DNA from: Chiloscyllium plagiosum
Lineage: Eukaryota
Assembly (NCBI RefSeq): GCF_004010195.1
Contig: NC_057750.1
Span: forward strand, 15,165,362 to 15,206,194
DNA: 40,833 nt
Reading direction: 5' to 3'
The translations under genes and the position numbers were made by a program. A model generated the notes under the pieces. It made no database searches. It was not told the origin of the DNA and saw nothing but the letters and a program-made list of their open reading frames with translations. Numbering within the stretch: the stretch's first letter is position 1; every line of letters starts with the position of its first letter. Positions 12,361 through 23,884 of the stretch are shown here, piece after piece.

Positions 12361-13570
12361 AGAGGGAAAAACATACTTGACCTCATCCTCACTCACCCGC
12401 CCATCGCAGATGCATCTGTCCTTGACAGTTTCGGTGGGACTGACCTCGTGGAGGTACATAGAGGGTGGTCTCCATTGTGTTGTGTGGGACTATTACCACT
12501 CGAAATGGCATGGTTTCTGAATAGAACTATCAACTCAAATATGAGGGTCCATGGGGCGCTGTGGGCCATCAGCAGCAGAATTGTATGCCAGCACAATCTA
12601 TAACCTCATGGCCTGAGCATATTCCCCCACTCAGTCATTGCCATCAAGTGAGGGGATCAGTGGAGAGGGCAGGAGGGCAGGTCAGGAATAGCACCAGGTA
12701 CACCTAGAGATGAGGTGGCAACCTGGTGAAGCTACCAAACAGGATACTTGTGTGTCAGGCAGAGCTAAGTGATCCCACACAACTTCCCAACATGCACCAA
12801 GGCTGGTGGTGAGAAGGGCACTACCTGCGAGGTCCTTCATGTACACCCAGACTCTCTGTGCCACCGAAGTGGCTGTGGGGGACAGTAGAGACTGTCACAC
12901 AGCTCCTGTTGGAATGGGTCTTTGCAATGGGCGTCTGGAGAGAGATGCAGTAGTTTGTGGTGAGGATCATCCCAAGCAGCTCCGTGACACGGGACTCTGT
13001 GCTCCATGGTGTGTTCCCCAGGATGCACACCGAGACAAACATTGACTGTGCCTAGAGGACCACCAACTTGGTGAAAGACGCTGTCTGGTCTGCCTGAAAC
13101 TTATCGGTCTTCCTAAGTGAGGGGTTAACCTGGGAGTGTCACAGATTCCAAGGTCCAGGACTACGTGTTGGACTAAAGCCTGGGGCAGCTGCTGCCAAGA
13201 CGCAGTTGGGGAAAGACCATTGTCTTTATGCCAAAATAACACGGGGTCTCTTCAGTTGTTGGACCCTCGTTGCAGGTGAAGATAATCTTGTACCAGTAAG
13301 AGATGCCATTGGTTTGCTTGTTGGATAGAGTCAGACTCTCTCAAACAAATATTTGTTTGTTTCTTCACATGTTACTGTACAGAACCAAACTGCGTTAGTG
13401 ACTATGTATGTATATAAAGATATTTTTATGCATAAGGTATATTTTTGAAATACAAAATATCCCACAACGGATCAGATCCAAGCTCCGCAGTCCTCCCACA
13501 TCTAGTCGTGAATGGTGGTGGATGATTAAACAACTCAGTGGATGAGGAGGCTTCACAAATATCCCCGACC
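12361..13570 (+). mobile_element. APE-type non-LTR LINE 'family B' (CR1/L2 group) fragment, split by a Tx1 insertion
   Basis: RGKNILDLIL...DASVLDSFGGTD endonuclease end; 13459-13570 continues the element and matches 20620-20745 in reverse. Confidence 0.75.
12780..13458 (+). mobile_element. 5'-truncated L1/Tx1-clade retrotransposon 3' end with 8-bp TSD
   Basis: LVVRRALPARSF...C...ETVTQLLLE (decayed C-terminal CCHC/zf-RVT region), T-rich 3' UTR, A-rich end; atcccaca at 12772-12779 and 13459-13466. Confidence 0.75.
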
Positions 13571-13574
13571 TCTA

Positions 13575-13915
13575 TGAGACAAGTCATCTGACACAGAATT
13601 CCAACCTTCTGACTTGTACATGTAGCCACAGTATTTATATCAAAGGTCCCAGCTGATTTTTCTGGTCAATGGTAGCCCCTAGGACGTTGGTAGTGGGGGA
13701 ATTCAGCGATGGTGGTGTCATTGGGGGATGGTTAGACTCTTGTTGGCGAATGTGCGGCATACATTCATGCTCAAACCACGGTGTAGTGCTTGTTGCATTT
13801 GGACACGGGCTGCTTCAGTATCTGAGGAGTCGCGAATGATGCTGAGCATTGTGCCATCGCCAGCGAACATCCCCACGTCTGACCTTATGACGGAGGGAAG
13901 GTCAATGGTTGAGCT
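13575..13915 (-). mobile_element. LINE family B RT fragment, inverted relative to its neighbour
   Basis: DLPSVIRSDVGMFAGDGT (decayed FADD motif); homologous to 19500-19830 and 38225-38600. Confidence 0.85.
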
Positions 13916-14314
13916 GATATATCTGTAGAGAATCATTGTTTATTCACTGGGGTAAGGGTTGTTGTCTCAACCCTGCGCTTGTTTTTAACAGCCTTGGAGA
14001 ACTGAGGGTGCAGATGTGGTGAAACGGGGCAGCAGAAAAGGGGATGTGAGCAGTTACATGAGGAAGTCTCTCCGCACAGAAGCTGTACTATTTCTGTCTG
14101 AAGGCGCAGTTCCTTTTTTGACTTGTCTGAGATTTACAGTGGGCTGTTTGGTCAGGTCACAAAACTTTCCCTGATCTGTAAACTAACACTACCTCAGATG
14201 AACCTCTCTCCTCACACCAGCTCCCAGACAGGCAGATCTTCCAAAGCACTGAAGTCCTGGGTTGTGTAAATTTCTCAAACCCTCGCCTTACCTTTACAAG
14301 ACGAAAATAATTTT

Positions 14315-14765
14315 TGAAAGAAATTCTCTCTGAGAGGAATGAGTCTTCAGAATTCTCTTCCTCAAAAGGCAGTGGTGGCAAAATATCTTAAAACGTTTTT
14401 AAGGTCAGGATCTTTAACTGTCAAAGGGGGGTGAAGGGGAGCTGCTGAGATATAGAGTTGAGTTGCAAACAGAGTTAAAAATCAGGCAACACCAGGTTAT
14501 AGTCCAACAGGTTTAATTGGAAGCACTAGCTTTCGTAGCGCTAATCCACAACCACTTGATGAAGGAGCAGCGCTCCGAAAGCTAGTGCTTCCAAATAAAC
14601 CTGTTGGACTGTAACCTGGTGTTGTGTGATTTTTAACTTTGTCCACCCCAGTCCAACACCGCCGTCTCCAAATCAGTTACAATCAAATTAGCCATGATCT
14701 TATTGAATAGCAGATTAATTTTGCAGGACTGTGTGGCTGACTCTTGTTTGTGGTTCATATCTATG
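14315..14765 (+). mobile_element. Old CR1 3' fragment interrupted by a Penelope-derived element
   Basis: gaattctcttcctcaaaaggcagtgg ... tagccatgatcttattgaatagcag. Confidence 0.65.
14469..14674 (+). mobile_element. Penelope-derived fold-back repeat with hammerhead core (family B)
   Basis: ~70-bp inverted arms 14473-14542 / 14569-14638; cac-ttgatga-a-ggagc-agc-gctcc-gaaa-gc-ta-gtg at 14553-14587; imperfect TSD agttgcaa/agttacaa. Confidence 0.8.
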
Positions 14766-14843
14766 TTTTTATTTTGAAATTTTGATTTTTAGCTTTAAAT
14801 CAATCCCTGTATTATTTGGTCATGCAATTATACACCAGCAGCG

Positions 14844-14867
14844 CCCCCCCCCCCCCCCCCCCCCCCC
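14844..14867. repeat. Poly-C homopolymer (24 nt)
   Basis: Direct inspection. Confidence 0.9.
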
Positions 14868-15199
14868 ACCGGCCCTCCGTCGCATGGATCAGTTTTGGGT
14901 CAGTTACAGAATTGGGAGGCACAGTTATTCCTGAGACATTGAAAGAGTGAGTGGGAGTGGAAACGATGGAGCAGGAATGGTGGCCTGAGGGAGGAGAGGA
15001 TGGGGCCCCTGGTAAACTGAGACACAGAGAAAGACAGAGGGAGAGAGAGAGAGAGAGAGAGGTGGTTTGGGGAAAGACTCCCTGGCATTTTGAGTCAGGG
15101 ACTGTGCTCCCTGATCCACAGGGAAAACTCAGCAATATGGGGAGAGGGAAAACGAGGGAGACCTTGAATCAGAGTTCAACAGGAAAAGGTTGGACAGAG

Positions 15200-15460
15200 T
15201 ATTGAGGATATGCCAGGTCATGAGGTTGCAGGACTGGGGTTGAATAACTGACTCAAATGGATGTCAGGTTTGAGTTTGCCAGATTTGTTTTCCATTTAAC
15301 GCAGTGGCAGTACCCCACAGTGGAGAGTATACTCAATGTGAAGGCAGGGCTTTGACTCCACAAAGTCCATACAGTGGTCACTCTTATCATTACTGCCATG
15401 GACAGATGCATCTAGGACTGGTGGATTGGTGAGGACAACATGAAATGGAATATTCCCTGG
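15200..15460 (-). mobile_element. LINE family B endonuclease/linker fragment
   Basis: VLTNPPVLDASVHGSNDKSDH matches 12380-12450. Confidence 0.7.
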
Positions 15461-15559
15461 ATGCCATTCCTTCGGTGACCAGTACCAACTACCCCAGCAC
15501 ATGACCCAGCAGGAGATACACTCTTGTGAAGCTTACACATGAGCAGGTGCAAGATGTGC

Positions 15560-15820
15560 TGGATCAGGTGAGGTTTTGGTTCAGAAAAGGACAGAAGTCT
15601 CCTCAGGTGGGGAATCTAGAGTTATTTTTGAGGGGGGGATTGGTGGGCGCAGAGATGTAGTCTCAAAATACAGGGTCTCCCAATTAAGATGAAGGTGAGG
15701 ATCTCTGAGGGTGCTTAGGGATTGGAATTCTCTTCCACAGACTGGTCTCTTGTGGAGGCAGGGAGAGTGAAGCTAAGGTCATGATTGGAAGACAATGGAA
15801 AAGGCTGAATGGCCTACCTG
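15560..15820 (+). mobile_element. Highly decayed CR1 3' fragment
   Basis: ggggaatctaga, tggaattctcttccacag, ggctgaatggcctacc. Confidence 0.6.
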
Positions 15821-16797
15821 TGATAGGTGTGGGAGTTTATTGATGAGAATTGGAAGGTATGTTGGAATGCCGAGTGGGTCTTTCCTGAGTTCCATCGAGC
15901 CATCTCTGTGACGCGCAGGAAGGCTATTGAGAATTGGGAGAAGGGACTGGGAAGTGTGGGAGAGGTAGATGGGAAAAAGAGGGGGTAAGGGGAATGGTGA
16001 AGACAGGGAGTGAATCAGAATGATGAGAATGAAATGTAAGGGGCTATCCATTGCATTTGTACTCTGCCTTTAAGAGAGTTCACCTTGCAGGACTAATGTA
16101 GGCATACAATAGTGTGACTCTGGCCAAATATGCATGTTCAAGCTGTGCACACAAATAATCAGTTGCCTGTTTCATATCTTGTTACGTTTTTACAGTTAAT
16201 CCTCGGCTCTAATCAATCCCTGACGCAACAAATTCTGAGAGACTGTCATTGTAAATTTGACAGGAATAGCTACTAGATGTGGGTAAAGGAACAACTGTAC
16301 TTTACGTGGTGAGTCACGGGACTGCTTCCTGCACTGGAGTCAGATCCAGAACAATGCTGTGGAACCTGACTGGGGCCTGGACAGAATGGGTTTACAGAGG
16401 CAGAGTCAAAGCAGGATCCCAGGACACTGTGAGGGAATGGAGCCTGAGGCCTGAGGCCTGGTGGTTGTCTAGGTGATTAGCCCTGGGACTGGCTCCCAAC
16501 TGGGTGACACCGGGTGATCTGTGTGGGATCTCTCAGTCCGGGCGCCCATCAGGAAGTGCCCCCTGGGAAAACTGGGTCAGTTCGATCCCAGGTGGGGAAG
16601 GTTTGAGAACGTAGCTGGCTTCCCCTGGGCCGTGAACATGTGGCACTGAAAGGGCGCTATCACAATGCAGAGATCACTGTGCTTCCCCCCCCTCCTGGAG
16701 GCGAGTGCCCATTCCCTTGGCATCCGCCAGCCCTCCTGGAGATCTCTCAATACACCTGACGTGTTGAGGGTCCTGAGGTCGTACGAGGCTAGTTACA

Positions 16798-17667
16798 GAG
16801 TGTGTGTTTGTGTCTGTGGGGAGGGGGGCGCGGGGGGATGGATGTGTTTGGGTGTGTGAATGTGTGAGTGTATGGCTGTGTTTGTGGGTGTGTGTTTGGA
16901 TGTGTGTGGGGGTGTCGTGTCTGAATGTGTGAGAGTGNNNNNNNNNNNNNNNNNNNNNNNNNNNNNNNNNNNNNNNNNNNNNNNNNNNNNNNNNNNNNNN
17001 NNNNNNNNNNNNNNNNNNNNNNNNNNNNNNNNNNNNNNNNNNNNNNNNNNNNNNNNNNNNNNNNNNNNNNNNNNNNNNNNNNNNNNNNNNNNNNNNNNNN
17101 NNNNNNNNNNNNNNNNNNNNNNNNNNNNNNNNNNNNNNNNNNNNNNNNNNNNNNNNNNNNNNNNNNNNNNNNNNNNNNNNNNNNNNNNNNNNNNNNNNNN
17201 NNNNNNNNNNNNNNNNNNNNNNNNNNNNNNNNNNNNNNNNNNNNNNNNNNNNNNNNNNNNNNNNNNNNNNNNNNNNNNNNNNNNNNNNNNNNNNNNNNNN
17301 NNNNNNNNNNNNNNNNNNNNNNNNNNNNNNNNNNNNNNNNNNNNNNNNNNNNNNNNNNNNNNNNNNNNNNNNNNNNNNNNNNNNNNNNNNNNNNNNNNNN
17401 NNNNNNNNNNNNNNNNNNNNNNNNNNNNNNNNNNNNNNNNNNNNNNNNNNNNNNNNNNNNNNNNNNNNNNNNNNNNNNNNNNNNNNNNNNNNNNNNNNNN
17501 NNNNNNNNNNNNNNNNNNNNNNNNNNNNNNNNNNNNNNNNNNNNNNNNNNNNNNNNNNNNNNNNNNNNNNNNNNNNNNNNNNNNNNNNNNNNNNNNNNNN
17601 NNNNNNNNNNNNNNNNNNNNNNNNNNNNNNNNNNNNNNNNNNNNNNNNNNNNNNNNNNNNNNNNNNN
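16798..17667. repeat. (GT)n-rich tract running into an assembly gap (N 16938-17667)
   Basis: Direct inspection. Confidence 0.85.
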
Positions 17668-17865
17668 AGGTTCATTTTCAGATGTTTCGTCACCATACTG
17701 GGTAACAGCTTCAGTGAGCCTCTGGCGAAACTTCATTCGGAGACTCTCACTGATGATGTTACCCAGTATGGTGACGAAACATCTGAAAATGAACCTTCCA
17801 GCTCAGTGAGCAAACCTGCATCCAGACTCTCAACCTAAGCCACAAACCTTCTCAAAACTCACTAA
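17668..17865 (+). mobile_element. Penelope-derived fold-back repeat with hammerhead core (family C); left arm cut by the gap
   Basis: Inverted arms 17668-17717 / 17747-17796; tca-ctgatga-t-gttacc-cagtat-ggtgac-gaaa-ca-tc-tga at 17747-17786. Confidence 0.8.
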
Positions 17866-18314
17866 AGGAGAAAAAAAATGTTTGGGGAAGGTATTGTATA
17901 ACGGCTTCAGGACCTTGGGGCAATAATGTCACCGAAATGTTATTTCTCACTGGATACAAACAGTACTGGGTGGGTGGTGTTAGTGAGAGAGAGAGAGGGT
18001 GTGTATGGGTGTGTGTGTGTGTGTGTGAGAGGGAGGGAGGGTCAGCCCGGCCAGCTATATGTCATGAGCGATGTGGTTCCGTGGTTGCTGTGCCAAAACA
18101 GTGCCAGTGAGGGGCAATGCCGAGCTGCCAACAGCTGTTTTGGTGCGCGGAGTCCCTGTCTGGTTGGTGAGGATGGCAGGGATGCCAGGCAGGTAACTGA
18201 GTGTCGAATTGTTCCAGGAATGGGTGGGTGGTAAGATGGGGCTTGAAATGGGTGAGACAGTTACCATAAAGCCTGGGTGGGTGGGTTTGGTAAGATAGGG
18301 TAAAAAAACCCATC

Positions 18315-18450
18315 TGTTCACTACTGAGGAATGAAATCCGCTGCTGTTACCCAGTCTGACCTGCAGCCAATGTGGTTGATCCTTAACTGAAGGAAGCCAT
18401 TCCGATCAAGGGCAGTTAGGGATGGGCAATACGCACTGACCCTGCCAGGA
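18315..18450 (+). mobile_element. Fragment of a second shark SINE family sharing the LINE family B 3' tail
   Basis: aatgtggttga..cttaactg...gggcagttagggatgggcaata resembles 39045-39085 and 39900-39975. Confidence 0.5.
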
Positions 18451-18659
18451 AAAGGAAGAGCCCAGAGACCAGGAATCTCACAAATGGTAATGAGGTGTGA
18501 CTTCTCACCCCACACCATCCTGCAGGTGGGTCCCACAAACACATACCAAGCCCTTCCTCCTGAACAGAACCTACTCTCAATGTCGCAGCCCCCTGTCCAC
18601 ACTTGCCTTGATATTTATCTCCATCGACAATGCTAGAGTTCAACACCAGGAAGACATGG

Positions 18660-20750
18660 GAATCACTGGCTGGTTAGCATTTATTACCCGTCCCTAGTTG
18701 CCCCTTGAGACGGTGGTGGTGAGCTGCCTTCCTGAACCATTGCAGTCCATTTGCTATAGGTCAATAGACCCACAATGCTGTTAAGGATAGAATTCCAGGC
18801 CTTCGACAGTGGAGATATGTTTCCAAGTCAGGATGGTGAGTGGCTTGGAGGGGAACTTGCAAGGGGTGGTGTTCCCATGTATTTGCTACCCCTGTCGAAT
18901 CATAGAATCCCTACAGTGTGGAAACAGGCCCTTCAGCCACACTAACCCACTGTAGAGTAACCCACCCCATTCCTCTACCCTCTTATCCTACATTTACCCT
19001 GACTAATACACCTAACCTACACATCCCTGAACACTATGGGCAATTTAGCACGGCCAATCCACCCTAACCTGCACATCTTTGGACTGTGGGAGGAAACCGG
19101 AGCAGCCGGAGGAAACCCACGCAGACACGGGGAGAATGTGCAAACTCCACACAGACAGTCGCCTGAGATTGGAATCGAACCTGGGCCCCTGTGCTGTGAG
19201 GCAGCAGTTCTATCCACTGAGCAACCATGTCCCTCTAGATGGAAGTGGTCGTGGGTTTGGAAGGTGCTGTCTGAGGATCTTTGGTGAATTTCTGCAGTGC
19301 ATCTTCTAGATGGTACACACTGCTGCTACCGAGTATCGATGGTGGAGGGAGTGGATGTTTGTAGATGTAGTGAGCTGCACCCATCCAGGCAGTGGGAAGG
19401 ATTCCATCTCACTTCTGGCTTGTAGAGATAGTGGGCAGGCTTTGAGGAGTCAGGAGGTGACGTACTTGTCACAGTATTCCAAGCCTCTGACCTCCTCTTG
19501 AAGCCACTGTGTTTGTGTGCCGAGTCCAGTTACATTTCTGGTCAATGGTAATCCTCCAGGATGTTGACAGTGGGGGATTCAATGATGGTAGCACCATTGA
19601 ATGTCAAGGAGCGGTGGTTAGATTGCCTCTTATTGGGGTAGTCTTTCCTTGGCGTCTGTATGGCACGATTGTTACTTGCCACATGTCAGCCCAAGCCTGG
19701 ATATTGTCTAGATCTTGTTGCCTTTGAACATGGACTGCTTCAGTACCTGAGGATCACAAATGGAGCTGAACGTTGTGCAATGGTCAGCGAACATCCCCAT
19801 TTCTGACCTTATGCTGGAGGGAAGGTCATTGATGAAGTAGTTGAAAGTGGTTAGGGCCTAGGACCTACCCTGAGGAATTCCTGCAGAGATGTCCTGGAGC
19901 TGAGATGACTGACCTCCAATAACCACGACCATCTTCCTAAGTGTCAGATATGACTCTAACCACCGTAGAGTTTGCCGCCCACCCCCCACCCCCCGAAACT
20001 CATTGATTCCAGTTTTGCTTGGGCTCCTTGATGCCACACCCGGTCGAATGCAGCCTTGATGTCAAGACCTATCGCTCTCTGCTCAGTCTCTGGAATTCAG
20101 CTCTTTTGTCCACGATTGAATCAAGGCTGTAATGAGGTCAGAAGTTGAGTGGACCTGGTGGAACCCAAACTGGGCATCACTGAGCAGGTTATTGCTGAGC
20201 AGGTGCTGCTTGACAGACACCTTCTGTCACTTTACTGATGATTGAGAATAGATTGATGAAGCAGTAATTCGTCCTGCTTTTTTATGTACAGCGCATACCT
20301 GAGCAATTTTCCACATTGTCAGGTAGATGCCAGTATTGTAACTGTAGTGGAACAGCTTGGCCAGGGGAGCAGCAAAGTTGTGGAGCACAAGTCTTCAGGA
20401 CTGTTGCTGGAATGTTGTCCGGGCCCATTGCCTGTACAGTATCCAGTGCCTCCAACCGTTTCTTGATATCTTGTGGAGCGAATCGAATTGGCTGAAGACA
20501 GATATCTGTGAGGCTGGGGAGCACTGGGGGAGGCCGAGATGGATCATCCGCTCAGCACTTCTGGCTGAAGATTGCTGCAAATGCTTCAGCCTTGACTTTT
20601 GCCCTGATGTGCTGGGCTCCTCCAACATTGAGGACGAAGATATTTGTGAAGCCTCCTCCTCCAGTGAGTTGTTTAATCGTCCACCACCATTCACGACTGG
20701 ATGTTGCAGGACTGCAGAGTTTAGATCTGATCCGTTGGTTATGAGATTGC
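18660..20750 (-). mobile_element. LINE family B, 5'-truncated, RT to 3' tail, interrupted by an HE1 SINE
   Basis: LQPIRFAPQDIKKRLEALDTVQAMGPDNIPATVLKTCAP; LDIKAAFDRVWH; GVPQG; 3' tail at 18660-18760. Confidence 0.9.
18897..19232 (-). mobile_element. HE1-type SINE nested in LINE family B
   Basis: A and B boxes and body as in the other copies; tail gggattctatgattc; host sequence resumes after ...tgtc. Confidence 0.93.
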
Positions 20751-20754
20751 TTTT

Positions 20755-20925
20755 TTAAAACAGTTTCCCTTATTTCAAATCACTCCCACAGAGGGAATAA
20801 TCTTTTTAGCATCCACCCTGTCAAATCCTCTCAGGACATTAAATGTCCCAGTGTAGTCACCTCCCACTCTTTTAAACTCCACTGGATATAAGCCCAGCCT
20901 GTTTACCCTTTTCCTTTAATATAAA
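20755..20925 (-). mobile_element. Old CR1 3' fragment
   Basis: atccaccctgtcaaatcctctcagg...ttaaactcca...cccagcctgttta, the reverse of the LGLF/RLRGD region. Confidence 0.6.
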
Positions 20926-21039
20926 TCCGACCCCCTCCATCCCCTTCACAGACGAGGTCTATTTTCATGGTACCAACTTTAATAACATTAACCTGGAGTT
21001 AACCTGTTTCCTTGCATGAGCTGTATGTAAAGGTATGGC

Positions 21040-22672
21040 TGAGACTGTTTTCACTGTGGAGAAAGAAAATGGAGACCATAGAGCTCAAGGAAATAAATAT
21101 TGATGTATTAATAACAGATCACATTACAGAAGAGGAAGTGCTGGGTGTCTTAGGAAACATAAAGGTGGATAAATCTCTAGGATCTGATCTAGTGTATCCC
21201 AGGATTTTGTGGGGAAGTTAGGGAAGAAATCACGGGGCCCCTTGCAGAAATCTTTGTATCATCTACAACTACGAGCGAGGTGTTGGAAGACTGGGGAGTG
21301 GCTAATGTTGTGCCTTTGTTTAGAAAAGGATGTAAGGAGAGACCTGGGAACTATAGATCTGTGAGTCTGACTTCAGTGGTGGCCAAGCTGTTGGAAGTGA
21401 TTCTGAAAGATATGATTTACATGCATTTGCAGAGGCAAGAGGTGATTAGGAAGAGTCAGCATGGTTCCGTGCAAGGGAGAAAGTGTCTCACAAACTGGAT
21501 TGAGGAGGTAACCAAAAAGATAGATGAGAGCAGAGAGGTAGACATTGTTTATTTAGACATTAGGAAAGCCTTTGACAAGGTTCCATACGGTAACTAGTAA
21601 AGTTGGTAAGTAGTAAAGTTGGATTACATGGGATTCAAGATGAGCTTGCTAATTAGATACAAAATTGGCTTAACAGCAGGAGACAGAGGGTAGTGGTGGA
21701 GGATTGTTTATCAGCCTGTGACTGGCAGTGTTCCACAGGGATAAATGCTGGGTCCTCTTTGTCATTTTTATAAATGATTTCAATGAGAATACAGAAGAGA
21801 AGGTTAGTAAGTCTACAGATGACACCGAAGTTGGTGGTGTAGTGAACAACGAAGGAGGTTCTCTAAGATTACAAAAGGATCTTGATCGATTGGGTCAATG
21901 GGCTGAGGAGCAGCAGATGGAGTTTAATTTGGATAAATTAATTTGGCGATATTGCATTTTGGTAAAAAAACAATTATACAATTAAACATAGGGACTTGGG
22001 TAGTTTTGTAGACCAGAGAGACCTAGGGGTTCAGTTACATAACTCTTTGAAGTTTGCGTCACATGTAGACAGGCTGGTTAAGAAGGCACTTGCTTTCATT
22101 GCTCAGATCTTTGAGTATAGGAGTTGGGATGTTATGTTGAGATTGTACAGGACATTGGTGAGGCCTCTTCTGGAGAGCTGTGTCCAGTTGTGGTCACCCT
22201 GTTATAGGAAGGACATTGAAGAGGATTCAGAAAAGATGTTGCCAGGAACAGAGGGTTTGAATTATAAGGAGAGGTTGGATAGGCTGGGGCAATGTTCCAC
22301 TGGCGTGTAGGAGGTTGACAGGTGACATTATAGAGGTTTATAAAATCATGAGGGGTATAGATAAGGTGAATGGCTCTAGGGTGTGGGATTTCAAGACCAC
22401 ATTGAAAGTGAGAAGAGAGAGGTTTAAAAAGACATGAGGAGCAGCCACTTTCTACAGAAAGTGGTCCGTGTGTAGAATGAACTTCCAGAAGAGATGGTGA
22501 ATGTGGGTACAATTACAATGTTTAAGAGACATTGGGATAAGTACATGAATAGGAAAGGTTGGAGAGATATGGGCCGGGAGTAGGCAGGTGGGAATAGATC
22601 AGTTTGGGAATGTAGTTGGTGTGGACTGGTTGGACCAAAAGGTCTGTTTCCATTCTGTATGACTCTATGACA
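21040..22672 (+). mobile_element. CR1/HER1 LINE, 5'-truncated, complete but disrupted RT and 3' end
   Basis: EDWGVANVVPLFRKG..PGNYRSVSLTS, VDIVYLDIRKAFDKVPY, RLYRTLVRPLLESCVQLWSP; tail ctgtatgactctatga. Confidence 0.96.
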
Positions 22673-22897
22673 CTCTCTGATATTGACAAGAGCAAATAGT
22701 AATTGGTTCAAATTGTTCTGGCGTCTGCATTTTCTGTGTGTCAATTTTTAACATGTTTCCTTTTAATTATTAGTCATCATGAGACTTGCAATCCTAAAAT
22801 GGAACATGAGATATCTGAACCAAAACAGGAACCTTCTGGAAACTGATGATAAGGAACTTCTTGCTGAGTCCCATGTGCAGTGACAAGGGAAGCTCAC

Positions 22898-22984
22898 TCA
22901 TTGGGTGAATTGCTCCATCACTGGGCCCCAGCTTCAGTCTGACCACAACTGCTCCTCTGAAATCTTCACAGTACCCGAACTCTG
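22898..22984 (-). other. Candidate 87-nt spliced exon of an unidentified transcript
   Basis: Acceptor tattcctctcctcttacag|CAG (NAGNAG), donor TGA|gtgagc; only the phase-1 frame is open (EFGYCEDFRGAVVVRLKLGPSDGAIHPM); no homologue recognised. Confidence 0.3.
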
Positions 22985-22999
22985 CTGTAAGAGGAGAGG

Positions 23000-23330
23000 A
23001 ATATTGGATCGTAGGAGGCAGGAGGAGACCATTCTGCCCCTCATGCCTGCTCTGGAAACAAGTTAACAAAGCAGTAGCATGTGGCATTTACCAGTTTTTC
23101 CTTTAGCTCCACCATGCTGTAAGATCACAGCTGGTCTGGTGGGGATCACAGCTCCACTTTCCTGTCTGTCCCACACCTCCACTATGACCCCTGACCTTCT
23201 CATCAATAAAAAAAACGTGTTGAATCAGCCTCACAAGTATTCAATGACCAGCCTCTGCTTCTCTGTGGGGGATATGATGTGAATGATCCTCTGAGTGAAA
23301 CAGAATGCTCCTCTTCTCTGTCTTAAACCT
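23000..23330 (-). mobile_element. Old CR1 3' fragment
   Basis: ccattctgcccctcatgcctgctc...; ccctctgagtgaa..ctcctc..ctctgtcttaaa. Confidence 0.6.
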
Positions 23331-23334
23331 TAAT

Positions 23335-23690
23335 GTCTCCCAGACCCAGGCATTGAAGGCCTTTCACACAGCTTCAGGATATTCCAGGGCATCTGAAACC
23401 TTCATGCAGCCTCAGAACCTCCCAGGCCCAAGTAAAACCTTCTCACAGCCTCAGGGTCAACAGGCTCAGGCACTTGGGCTTGTATGTGTCACCAAGGCCC
23501 AAGTCCAGACCTTTACACAGCCTCAATGTGTCCAAGGCTCAAGCCAAGGCCGTCACAGCCTCAGTATCTCCAAGGCTCAAGCCAGGGTCTTCACAGCCTC
23601 AGTATCTCCAAGGCCCAAGCCCAGGCCTTCACAATGCCTAAGGGTTTTCCAAAGCCCAGCTAGGCCCGGACCTTCACACAGCCTCAGTGT
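23335..23690. repeat. Degenerate ~38-41 bp minisatellite, about 9 copies (ccaaggcycaagcccaggccttcacacagcctcagtrtct)
   Basis: Recurring cagcctcag and ccaagg motifs. Confidence 0.85.
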
Positions 23691-23884
23691 AGTGACTGTA
23701 ATGAGGTCAACCAGCTGGGCCTCATAGAATATGAGTTCCCTGATTGGGGTTGTTAACCTGGTCAATCAGGGAGCCCTGGCTGACAGATATAATCAGGGTA
23801 TCAGAGGGTCTTTTCACTCTGAGAACTGGCTCTGAGGGAGCTGGAGCAGTGGCAAGGACTCTCTGTGTAAATGAAGGATGACTT
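23688..23884 (+). mobile_element. 3'-truncated solo LTR (Gypsy-like)
   Basis: Begins TGTA; inverted tccctgattg..caatcaggga, TATA-like gatataa, decayed polyA signal aatgaa; cut by the adjacent CR1. Confidence 0.6.

Noticed and set aside
16580..16788. Minus-strand open frame SYDLRTLNTSGVLRDLQEGW..., phase-compatible with the 22898 donor
   Set aside because: Weak acceptor beside a CA repeat and no recognisable homology; cannot be supported without transcript data
23305..23727. 140-aa Gln/Ser/Pro-rich ORF
   Set aside because: Reads through a degenerate minisatellite between a CR1 fragment and an LTR
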